Origin: Eledone cirrhosa
Taxonomy: Eukaryota
Reading direction: 5' to 3'
Length of the DNA stretch: 64,000 nt
Assembly (NCBI GenBank): GCA_964016885.1
Contig: OZ024759.1
Coordinates: 24,118,001 to 24,182,000 of the forward strand
The notes under the pieces were generated by a model, which was not told where the DNA came from, searched no databases, and saw nothing but the letters and a program-made list of their open reading frames with translations. Below, in pieces: positions 29,036 through 41,100 of this stretch (the stretch's first letter is position 1; every line of letters begins with the position of its first letter). The position numbers were made by a program, and so were the translations under genes.

Positions 29036-29054
29036 TTTTCCTTTTAACGGAAAA
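29036..29054. other. Second dyad TTTTCC-TTTTAAC-GGAAAA per monomer (example copy)
   Basis: GGAAAA is the reverse complement of TTTTCC, and the inner TT/AA also pairs after one mismatch. Confidence 0.75.
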
Positions 29055-29120
29055 CACCATGCTGTCTGGCTATCTCTCTCCCAATCTACCTCATACTCTC
29101 TACCTCTTTTTGAGTAATCC

Positions 29121-29141
29121 CTTGCTTGTCTTTCAAGCAAG
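29121..29141. other. Inverted repeat CTTGCTTG-TCTTT-CAAGCAAG (8-bp stem, 5-nt loop), present once in most monomers (example copy)
   Basis: CAAGCAAG is the exact reverse complement of CTTGCTTG. The first copy in the window is at 197-217. Confidence 0.9.
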
Positions 29142-32100
29142 TTGGTCTTTACTCCTATGGACGTATAAACCTTTACACTATCTCATAACCATTCCTATAT
29201 TCGTCTTTCCAAGTCATGTGCTTTCACACTTTGAGCCCAGTTTACTTCGATATATCTCTATATAGCTCTATCTTCCTTTTAACGGAAAACACCATGCTGT
29301 CTGGCTATCTCTCACCCAATCTACCTCATACTCTCTACCTCTTTTTGAGTAATCCCTTGCTTGTCTTTCAAGCAAGTTGGTGTTTACTCCTATGGACGTA
29401 TAAACCCTTACACTATCTCATAACCATTCCTATATTCGTCTTTCCAAGTCATGTGCTTTCACACTTTGAGCCCAGTTTACTTCGATATATCTCTATATAT
29501 CTCTATCTTCCTTTTAACGGAAAACACCATGCTGTCTGGCTATCTCTCACCCAATCTACCTCATACTCTCTACCTCTTTTTGAGTAATCCCTTGCTTGTC
29601 TTTCAAGCAAGTTGGTCTTTACTCCTATGGACGTATAAGCCTTTACACTATCTCATAACCATTCCTATATTCGTCTTTCCAAGTCATGTGCTTTCACACT
29701 TTGAGCCCAGTTTACTTCGATATATCTCTATATATCTCTATTTTCCTTTTAACGGAAACCACCATGCTGTCTGGCTATCTCTCTCCCAATCTACCTCATA
29801 CTCTCTACCTCTTTTTGAGTAATCCCTTGCTTGTCTTTCCAGCAAGTTGGTCTTTACTCCTATGGACGTATAAACCTTTACACTATCTCATAACCATTCC
29901 TATATTCGTCTTTCCAAGTCATGTGCTTTCACACTTTGAGCCCAGTTTACTTCGATATATCTCTATATATCTCTATTTTCCTTTTAACGGAAAACACCAT
30001 GCTGTCTGGCTATCTCTCTCCCAATCTACCTCATACTCTCTACCTCTTTTTGAGTAATCCCTTGCTTGTCTTCCAAGCAAGTTGGTCTTTACTCCTATGG
30101 ACGTATAAACCTTTACACTATCTCATAACCATTCCTATATTCGTCTTTCCAAGTCATGTGCTTTCACACTTTGAGCCCAGTTTACTTCGATATATCTCTA
30201 TATATCTCTATCTTCCTTTTAACGGAAAACACCATGCTGTCTGGCTATCTCTCACCCAATCTATCTCATACTCTCTACCTCTTTTTGAGTAATCCCTTGC
30301 TTGTCTTTCAAGCAAGTTGGTCTTTACTCCTATGGACGTATAAGCCTTTACACTATCTCATAACCATTCCTATATTCGTCTTTGCAAGTCATGTGCATTA
30401 ACACTTTGAGCCCAGTTTACTTCGATATATCTCTATATATCTCTATCTTCCTTTTAACGGAAAACACCATGCTGTCTGGCTATCTCTCACCCAATCTACC
30501 TCATACTCTCTACCTCTTTTTGAGTAATCCCTTGCTTGTCTTTCAAGCAAGTTGGTCTTTACTCCTATGGACGTATAAACCTTTACACTATCTCATAACC
30601 ATTCCTATATTCGTCTTTCCAAAACATGTGCTTTAACACTTTGAGCCCAGTTTACTTCGATATATCCCTATATATCTCTATTTTCCTTTTAACGGAAAAC
30701 ACCATGCTGTCTGGCTCACTCTCTCCCTTATCTACCTCATGCGATCTACCTCTTTTTGAGTAATCCCTTGCTTGTCTTTCAAGCAAGTTGGTCTTTACTA
30801 CTATGGACGTATAAACCTTTACACTATCTCATAACCATTCCTATATTCGTCTTTCCAAGTCATGTGCTTTCACACTTTGAGCCCAGTTTACTTCGATATA
30901 TCTCTATATATCTCTATCTTCCTTTTAACGGAAAACACCATGCTGTCTGGCTATCTCTCTCCCAATCTACCTCATACTCTCTACCTCTTTTTGAGTAATC
31001 CCTTGCTTGTCTTTCAAGCAAGTTGGTCTTTACTCCTATGGACGTATAAACCTTTACACTATCTCATAACCATTCCTATATTCGTCTTTCCAAGTCATGT
31101 GCATTAACACTTTGAGCCCAGTTTACTTCGATATATCTCTATATATCTCTATTTTCCTTTTAACGAAAACCACCATGCTGTCTGGCTATCTCTCTCCCAA
31201 TCTACCTCATACTCTCTACCTCTTTTTGAGTAATCCCTTGCTTGTCTTTCCAGCAAGTTGGTCTTTACTCCTATGGACGTATAAACCTTTACACTATCTC
31301 ATAACCATTCCTATATTCGTCTTTCCAAGTCATGTGCTTTCACACTTTGAGCCCAGTTTACTTCGATATATCTCTATATATCTCTATCTTCCTTTTAACG
31401 GAAAACACCATGCTGTCTGGCTATCTCTCTCCCAATCTACCTCATACTCTCTAGCACTTTTTTAGTAATCCCTTGCTTGTCTTTCTAGCAAGTTGGTCTT
31501 TACTCCTATGGACGTATAAACCTTTACACTATCTCATAACCATTCCTATATTCGTCTTTCCAAGTCATGTGTTTTCACACTTTGAGCCCAGTTTACTTCG
31601 ATATATCTCTATATATCTCTACTTTCCTTTTAACGGAAAACACCATGCTGTCTGGCTATCTCTCTCCCAATCTACCTCATACTCTCTACCTCTTTTTGAG
31701 TAATCCCTTGCTTGTCTTTCAAGCAAGTTGGTCTTTACTCCTATGGACGTATAAACCTTTACACTATCTCATAACCATTCCTATATTCGTCTTTGCAAGT
31801 CATGTGCTTTCACACTTTGAGCCCAGTTTACTTCGATATATCTCTATATATCTCTATTTTCCTTTTAACGGAAAACACCATGCTGTCTGGCTATCTCTCT
31901 CCCAATCTACCTCATACTCTCTACCTCTTTTTGAGTAATCCCTTGCTTGTCTTTCAAGCAAGTTGGTCTTTACTCCTATGGACGTATAAACCTTTACACT
32001 ATCTCATAACCATTCCTATATTCGTCTTTCCAAGTCATGTGCTTTCACACTTTGAGCCCAGTTTACTTCGATATATCTCTATATAGCTCTATCTTCCTTT

Positions 32101-35100
32101 TAACGGAAAACACCATGCTGTCTGGCTATCTCTCACCCAATCTACCTCATACTCTCTACCTCTTTTTGAGTAATCCCTTGCTTGTCTTTCAAGCCAGTTG
32201 GTGTTTACTCCTATGGACGTATAAACCTTTACACTATCTCATAACCATTCCTATATTCGTCTTTCCAAGTCATGTGCTTTCACACTTTGAGCCCAGTTTA
32301 CTTCGATATATCTCTATATATCTCTATCTTCCTTTTAACGGAAAACACCATGCTGTCTGGCTATCTCTCACCCAATCTACCTCATACTCTCTACCTCTTT
32401 TTGAGTAATCCCTTGCTTGTCTTTCAAGCAAGTTGGTCTTTACTCCTATGGACGTATAAGCCTTTACACTATCTCATAACCATTCCTATATTCGTCTTTC
32501 CAAGTCATGTGCTTTCACACTTTGAGCCCAGTTTACTTCGATATATCTCTATATATCTCTATTTTCCTTTTAACGGAAACCACCATGCTGTCTGGCTATC
32601 TCTCTCCCAATCTACCTCATACTCTCTACCTCTTTTTGAGTAATCCCTTGCTTGTCTTTCCAGCAAGTTGGTCTTTACTCCTATGGACGTATAAACCTTT
32701 ACACTATCTCATAACCATTCCTATATTCGTCTTTCCAAGTCATGTGTTTTCACACTTTGAGCCCAGTTTACTTCGATATATCTCTATATATCTCTATCTT
32801 CCTTTTAACGGAAAACACCATGCTGTCTGGCTATCTCTCTCCCAATCTACCTCATACTCTCTAGCACTTTTTTAGTAATCCCTTGCTTGTCTTTCAAGCA
32901 AGTTGGTCTTTACTCCTATGGACGTATAAACCTTTACACTATCTCATAACCATTCCTATATTCGTCTTTCCAAGTCATGTGTTTTCACACTTTGAGCCCA
33001 GTTTACTTCGATATATCTCTATATATCTCTATTTTCCTTTTAACGGAAAACACCATGCTGTCTGGCTATCTCTCTCACAATCTACCTCATACTCTCTACC
33101 TCTTTTTGAGTAATCCCTTGCTTGTCTTTCAAGCAAGTTGGTCTTTACTCCTACGGACGTATAAACCTTTACACTATCTCATAACCATTCCTATATTCGT
33201 CTTTCCAAGTCATGTGCTTTCACACTTTGAGCCCAGTTTACTTCGATATATCTCTATATATCTCTATTTTCCTTTTAACGGAAAACACCATGCTGTCTGG
33301 CTCTCTCTCTCCCTTATCTACCTCATGCGATCTACCTCTTTTTGAGTAATTCCTTGCTTGTCCTTCAAGTAAGTTGGTCTTTACTCCTATGGACGTATAA
33401 ACCTTTACACTATCTCATAACCATTCCTATATTCGTCTTTCCAAGTCATGTGCTTTCACACTTTGAGCCCAGTTTACTTCGATATATCTCTATATATCTC
33501 TATCTTCCTTTTAACGGAAAACACCATGCTGTCTGGCTATCTCTCACCCAATCTACCTCATACTCTCTACCTCTTTTTGAGTAATCCCTTGCTTGTCTTT
33601 CAAGCAAGTTGGTCTTTACTCCTATGGACGTATAAACCTTTACACTATCTCATAACCATTCCTATATTCGTCTTTCCAAGTCATGTGCTTTCACACTTTG
33701 AGCCCAGTTTACTTCGATATATCCCTATATATCTCTATTTTCCTTTTAACGGAAAACAACTTGCTGTCTGGCTATCTCTCTCACAATCTACCTCATACTC
33801 TCTACCTCTTTTTGAGTAACCCTTGCTTGTCTTTCAAGCAAGTTGGTCTTTACTCCTATGGACGTATAAACCTTTACACTTTATCATAACCATTCCTATA
33901 TTCATCTTTCCAAGTTATGTGCTTTAACATTTTGAGCCCAGTTTACTTCGATATATCCCTATATATCTCTATTTTCCTTTTAACGGAAAACTCCATGCTG
34001 TCTGGCTATCTCTCTCCCAATCTACCTCATACTCTCTAGCACTTTTTTAGTAATCCTTTGCTTGTCTTTCAAGCAAGTTGGTCTTTACTCCTATGGACGT
34101 ATAAACCTTTACACTATCTCATAACCATTCCTATATTCGTCTTTCCAAGTCATGTGCTTTCACACTTTGAGCCCAGTTTACTTCGATATATCTCTATATA
34201 TCTCTATTTTCCTTTTAACGGAAAACACCTTGCTGTCTGGCTATCTCTCTCCCAATCTACCTCATACTCTCTACCTCTTTTTGAGTAATCCCTTGCTTGT
34301 CTTCCAAGCAAGTTGGTCTTTACTCCTATGGACGTATAAACCTTTACACTATCTCATAACCATTCCTATATTCGTCTTTCCAAGTCATGTGCTTTCACAC
34401 TTTGAGCCCAGTTTACTTCGATATATCTCTATATATCTCTATTTTCCTTTTAACGGAAAACACCATGCTGTCTGGCTATCTCTCTCCCAATCTACCTCAT
34501 ACTCTCTACCTCTTTTTGAGTAATCCCTTGCTTGTCTTTCAAGCAAGTTGGTCTTTACTCCTATGGACGTATAAACCTTTACACTATCTCATAACCATTC
34601 CTATATTCGTCTTTCCAAGTCATGTGCTTTCACACTTTGAGCCCAGTTTACTTCGATATATCGCTATATATCTCTATTTTCCTTTTAACGGAAAACACCA
34701 TGCTGTCTGGCTATCTCTCTCCCAATCTACCTCATACTCTCTACCTCTTTTTGAGTAATCCCTTGCTTGTCTTTCAAGCAAGTTGGTCTTTACTCCTATG
34801 GACGTATAAACCTTTACACTATCTCATAACCATTCCTATATTCGTCTTTCCAAGTCATGTGCTTTCACACTTTGAGCCCAGTTTACTTCGATATATCTCT
34901 ATATATCTCTATCTTCCTTTTAACGGAAAACACCATGCTGTCTGGCTATCTCTCACCGAATCTACCTCATACTCTCTACCTCTTTTTGAGTAATCCCTTG
35001 CTTGTCTTTCAAGCAAGTTGGTCTTTACTCCTATGGACGTATAAACCTTTACACTATCTCATAACCATTCCTATATTCGTCTTTCCAAGTCATGTGTTTT

Positions 35101-38100
35101 CACACTTTGAGCCCAGTTTACTTCGATATATCCCTATATATCTCTATTTTCCTTTTAACGGAAAACACCATGCTGTCTGGCTATCTCTCTCCCAATCTAC
35201 CTCATACTCTCTAGCTCTTTTTGAGTAATCCCTTGCTTGTCTTTCAAGCAAGTTGGTCTTTACTCCTATGGACGTATAAACCTTTACACTATCTCATAAC
35301 CATTCCTATATTCGTCTTTCCAAGTCATGTGCTTTCACACTTTGAGCCCAGTTTGCTTCGATATATCTCTATATATCTCTATTTTCCTTTTAACGGAAAA
35401 CACCATTCTGTCTGGCTATCTCTCTCCCAATCTATCTCATACTCTCTACCTCTTTTTGAGTAATCCCTTGCTTGTCTTTCAAGCAAGTTGGTCTTTGCTC
35501 CTATGGACGTATAAACCTTTACACTATCTCATAACCATTCCTATATTCGTCTTTCCAAAACATGTGCTTTAACACTTTGAGCCCAGTTTACTTCGATATA
35601 TCCCTATATATCTCTATTTTCCTTTTAACGGAAAACACCATGCTGCCTGGCTCACTCTCTCCCTTATCTACCTCATGCGATCTACCTCTTTTTGAGTAAT
35701 CCCTTGCTTGTCTTTCAAGCAAGTTGGTCTTTACTCCTATGGACGTATAAACCTTTACACTATCTCATAACCATTCCTATATTCGTCTTTCCAAGTCATG
35801 TGCTTTCACACTTTGAGCCCAGTTTACTTCGATATATCTCTATATATCTCTATCTTCCTTTTAACGGAAAACACCATGCTGTCTGGCTATCTCTCACCGA
35901 ATCTACCTCATACTCTCTACCTCTTTTTGAGTAATCCCTTGCTTGTCTTTCAAGAAAGTCGGTCTTTACTCCTATGGACGTATAAACCTTTACACTATCT
36001 CATAACCATTCCTATATTCGTCTTTCCAAGTCATGTGCTTTCACACTTTGAGCCCAGTTTACTTCGATATATCGCTATATATCTCTATTTTCCTTTTAAC
36101 GGAAAACACCATGCTGTCTGGCTATCTCTCTCCCAGTCTACCTCATACTCTCTACCTCTTTTTGAGTAATCCCTTGCTTGTCTTTCAAGCAAGTTGGTCT
36201 TTACTCCTATGGACGTATAAACCTTTACACTATCTCATAACCATTCCTATATTCGTCTTTCCAAGTCATGTGCTTTCACACTTTGAGCCCAGTTTACTTC
36301 GATATATCTCTATATATCTCTATTTTCCTTTTAACGGAAAACACCATGCTGTCTGGCTATCTCTCTCCCAATCTACCTCATACTCTCTACCTCTTTTTGA
36401 GTAATCCCTTGCTTGTCTTTCAAGCAAGTTGGTCTTTGCTCCTATGGACGTATAAACCTTTACACTATCTCATAACCATTCCTATATTCGTCTTTCCAAA
36501 ACATGTGCTTTAACACTTTGAGCCCAGTTTACTTCGATATATCCCTATATATCTCTATTTTCCTTTTAACGGAAAACACCATGCTGCCTGGCTCACTCTC
36601 TCCCTTATCTACCTCATGCGATCTACCTCTTTTTGAGTAATCCCTTGCTTGTCTTTCAAGCAAGTTGGTCTTTACTCCTATGGACGTATAAACCTTTACA
36701 CTATCTCATAACCATTCCTATATTCGTCTTTCCAAGTCATGTGCTTTCACACTTTGAGCCCAGTTTACTTCGATATATCTCTATATATCTCTATCTTCCT
36801 TTTAACGGAAAACACCATGCTGTCTGGCTATCTCTCACCGAATCTACCTCATACTCTCTACCTCTTTTTGAGTCATCCCTTGCTTGTCTTTCAAGCAAGT
36901 TGGTCTTTACTCCTATGGACGTATAAACCTTTACACTATCTCATAACCATTCCTATATTCGTCTTTCCAAGTCATGTGCTTTCACACTTTGAGCCCAGTT
37001 TACTTCGATATATCCCTATATATCTCTATTTTCCTTTTAACGGAAAACACCATGCTGTCTGGCTATCTCTCTCCCAATCTACCTCATACTCTCTACCTCT
37101 TTTTGAGTAATCCCTTGCTTGTCTTTCAAGTAAGTTGGTCTTTACTCCTATGGACGTATATACCTTTACACTATCTCATAACAATTCCTATATTCGTCCT
37201 TCCAAAACATGTGCTTTAACACTTTGAGCCCAGTTTACTTCGATATATCCCTATATATCTCTATTTTCCTTTTAACGGAAAACACCTTGCTGTCTTGCTA
37301 TCTCTCTCCCAATCTACCTCATACTCTCTACCTCTTTTTGAGTAACCCTTGCTTGTCTTTCAAGCAAGTTGGTCTTTACTCCTATGGACGTATAAACCTT
37401 TACACTATCTCATAACCATTCCTATATTCGTCTTTCCAAGTCATGTGTTTTCACACTTTGAGCCCAGTTTACTTCGATATATCTCTATATATCTCTATTT
37501 TCCTTTTAACGGAAAACACCATGCTGTCTGGCTATCTCTCTCACAATCTACCTCATACTCTCTACCTCTTTTTGAGTAATCCCTTGCTTGTCTTTCAAGC
37601 AAGTTGGTCTTTACTCCTATGGACGTATAAACCTTTACACTATCTCATAACCATTCCTATATTCGTCTTTCCAAGTCATGTGCTTTCACACTTTGAGCCC
37701 AGTTTACTTCGATATATCTCTATATATCTCTATTTTCCTTTTAACGGAAAACACCATGCTGTCTGGCTCTCTCTCTCCCTTATCTACCTCATGCGATCTA
37801 CCTCTTTTTGAGTAATTCCTTGCTTGTCTTTCAAGCAAGTTGGTCTTTACTCCTATGGACGTATAAACCTTTACACTATCTCATAACCATTCCTATATTC
37901 GTCTTTCCAAGTCATGTGTTTTCACACTTTGAGCCCAGTTTACTTCGATATATCCCTATATATCTCTATTTTCCTTTTAACGGAAAACACCTTGCTGTCT
38001 GGCTATCTCTCTCACAATCTACCTCATACTCTCTACCTCTTTTTGAGTAACCCTTGCTTGTCTTTCAAGCAAGTTGGTCTTTACTCCTATGGACGTATAA

Positions 38101-41100
38101 ACCTTTACACTTTATCATAACCATTCCTATATTCATCTTTCCAAGTTATGTGCTTTAACATTTTGAGCCCAGTTTACTTCGATATATCCCTATATATCTC
38201 TATTTTCCTTTTAACGGAAAACTCCATGCTGTCTGGCTATCTCTCTCCCAATCTACCTCATACTCTCTAGCACTTTTTTAGTAATCCCTTGCTTGTCTTT
38301 CAAGCAAGTTGGTCTTTACTCCTATGGACGTATAAACCTTTACACTATCTCATAACCATTCCTATATTCGTCTTTCCAAGTCATGTGCTTTCACACTTTG
38401 AGCCCAGTTTACTTCGATATATCTCTATATATCTCTATTTTCCTTTTAACGGAAAACACCATGCTGTCTGGCTATCTCTCTCCCAATCTACCTCATACTC
38501 TCTACCTCTTTTTGAGTAATCCCTTGCTTGTCTTTCAAGCAAGTTGGTCTTTACTCCTATGGACGTATAAACCTTTACACTATCTCATAACCATTCCTAT
38601 ATTCGTCTTTCCAAGTCATGTGCTTTCACACTTTGAGCCCAGTTTACTTCGATATATCGCTATATATCTCTATTTTCCTTTTAACGGAAAACACCATGCT
38701 GTCTGGCTATCTCTCTCCCAATCTACCTCATACTCTCTACCTCTTTTTGAGTAATCCCTTGCTTGTCTTTCAAGCAAGTTGGTCTTTACTCCTATGGACG
38801 TATAAACCTTTACACTATCTCATAACCATTCCTATATTCGTCTTTCCAAGTCATGTGCTTTCACACTTTGAGCCCAGTTTACTTCGATATATCTCTATAT
38901 ATCTCTATTTTCCTTTTAACGGAAAACACCATGCTGTCTGGCTATCTCTCTCCCAATCTACCTCATACTCTCTACCTCTTTTTGAGTAATCCCTTGCTTG
39001 TCTTTCAAGCAAGTTGGTCTTTGCTCCTATGGACGTATAAAACTTTACACTATCTCATAACCATTCCTATATTCGTCTTTCCAAAACATGTGCTTTAACA
39101 CTTTGAGCCCAGTTTACTTCGATATATCCCTATATATCTCTATTTTCCTTTTAACGGAAAACACCATGCTGCCTGGCTCACTCTCTCCCTTATCTACCTC
39201 ATGCGATCTACCTCTTTTTGAGTAATCCCTTGCTTGTCTTTCAAGCAAGTTGGTTTTTACTCCTATGGACGTATAAACCTTTACACTATCTCATAACCAT
39301 TCCTATATTCGTCTTTCCAAGTCATGTGCTTTCACACTTTGAGCCCAGTTTACTTCGATATATCTCTATATATCTCTATCTTCCTTTTAACGGAAAACAC
39401 CATGCTGTCTGGCTATCTCTCACCGAATCTACCTCATACTCTCTACCTCTTTTTGAGTAATCCCTTGCTTGTCTTTCAAGCAAGTTGGTCTTTACTCCTA
39501 TGGACGTATAAACCTTTACACTATCTCATAACCATTCCTATATTCGTCTTTCCAAGTCATGTGCTTTCACACTTTGAGCCCAGTTTACTTCGATATATCG
39601 CTATATATCTCTATTTTCCTTTTAACGGAAAACACCATGCTGTCTGGCTATCTCTCTCCCAATCTACCTCATACTCTCTACCTCTTTTTGAGTAATCCCT
39701 TGCTTGTCTTTCAAGCAAGTTGGTCTTTACTCCTATGGACGTATAAACCTTTACACTATCTCATAACCATTCCTATATTCGTCTTTCCAAGTCATGTGCT
39801 TTCACACTTTGAGCCCAGTTTACTTCGATATATCTCTATATATCTCTATTTTCCTTTTAACGGAAAACACCATGCTGTCTGGCTATCTCTCTCCCAATCT
39901 ACCTCATACTCTCTACCTCTTTTTGAGTAATCCCTTGCTTGTCTTTCAAGCAAGTTGGTCTTTGCTCCTATGGACGTATAAACCTTTACACTATCTCATA
40001 ACCATTCCTATATTCGTCTTTCCAAAACATGTGCTTTAACACTTTGAGCCCAGTTTACTTCGATATATCCCTATATATCTCTATTTTCCTTTTAACGGAA
40101 AACACCATGCTGTCTGGCTATCTCTCTCCCAATCTACCTCATACTCTCTACCTCTTTTTGAGTAATCCCTTGCTTGTCTTTCAAGCAAGTTGGTCTTTAC
40201 TCCTATGGACGTATAAACCTTTACACTATCTCATAACCATTCCTATATTCGTCTTTCCAAAACATGTGCTTTAACACTTTGAGCCCAGTTTACTTCGATA
40301 TATCCCTATATATCTCTATTTTCCTTTTAACGGAAAACACCATGCTGCCTGGCTCACTCTCTCCCTTATCTACCTCATGCGATCTACCTCTTTTTGAGTA
40401 ATCCCTTGCTTGTCTTTCAAGCAAGTTGGTTTTTACTCCTATGGACGTATAAACCTTTACACTATCTCATAACCATTCCTATATTCGTCTTTCCAAGTCA
40501 TGTGCTTTCACACTTTGAGCCCAGTTTACTTCGATATATCTCTATATATCTCTATCTTCCTTTTAACGGAAAACACCATGCTGTCTGGCTATCTCTCACC
40601 GAATCTACCTCATACTCTCTACCTCTTTTTGAGTAATCCCTTGCTTGTCTTTCAAGCAAGTTGGTCTTTACTCCTATGGACGTATAAACCTTTACACTAT
40701 CTCATAACCATTCCTATATTCGTCTTTCCAAGTCATGTGCTTTCACACTTTGAGCCCAGTTTACTTCGATATATCGCTATATATCTCTATTTTCCTTTTA
40801 ACGGAAAACACCATGCTGTCTGGCTATCTCTCTCCCAATCTACCTCATACTCTCTACCTCTTTTTGAGTAATCCCTTGCTTGTCTTTCAAGCAAGTTGGT
40901 CTTTACTCCTATGGACGTATAAACCTTTACACTATCTCATAACCATTCCTATATTCGTCTTTCCAAGTCATGTGCTTTCACACTTTGAGCCCAGTTTACT
41001 TCGATATATCTCTATATATCTCTATTTTCCTTTTAACGGAAAACACCATGCTGTCTGGCTATCTCTCTCCCAATCTACCTCATACTCTCTACCTCTTTTT

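Larger units (their letters stand above)
28926..29160 (+). repeat. Representative consensus (A-type) 235-bp monomer
   Basis: ACGTATAAACCTTTACACTATCTCATAACCATTCCTATATTCGTCTTTCCAAGTCATGTGCTTTCACACTTTGAGCCCAGTTTACTTCGATATATCTCTATATATCTCTATTTTCCTTTTAACGGAAAACACCATGCTGTCTGGCTATCTCTCTCCCAATCTACCTCATACTCTCTACCTCTTTTTGAGTAATCCCTTGCTTGTCTTTCAAGCAAGTTGGTCTTTACTCCTATGG. Hand count A53 C65 G25 T92, with 4 CpGs. Confidence 0.97.
24300..32700 (+). repeat. Higher-order domain with 17-monomer (3996 bp) and 12-monomer (2821 bp) duplications
   Basis: Domain-specific variants are GGAAACCACC, TTTCCAGC, TTTCTAGC, CTACTTTCC, TATAGCTCT and TGGTGTTT. ORF pairs 24656/28652, 25220/29216 and 26760/30756 are offset by 3996. 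Pairs 28652/31473 and 29216/32037 are offset by 2821. Confidence 0.9.

Noticed and set aside
28926-29160. Identification as mouse major satellite (234 bp) or with ~237-bp plant satellites
   Set aside because: The sequence lacks the GAAAA(C/A)TGA-type subrepeat pattern of mouse major satellite. Similar length alone does not support any assignment without a database search.
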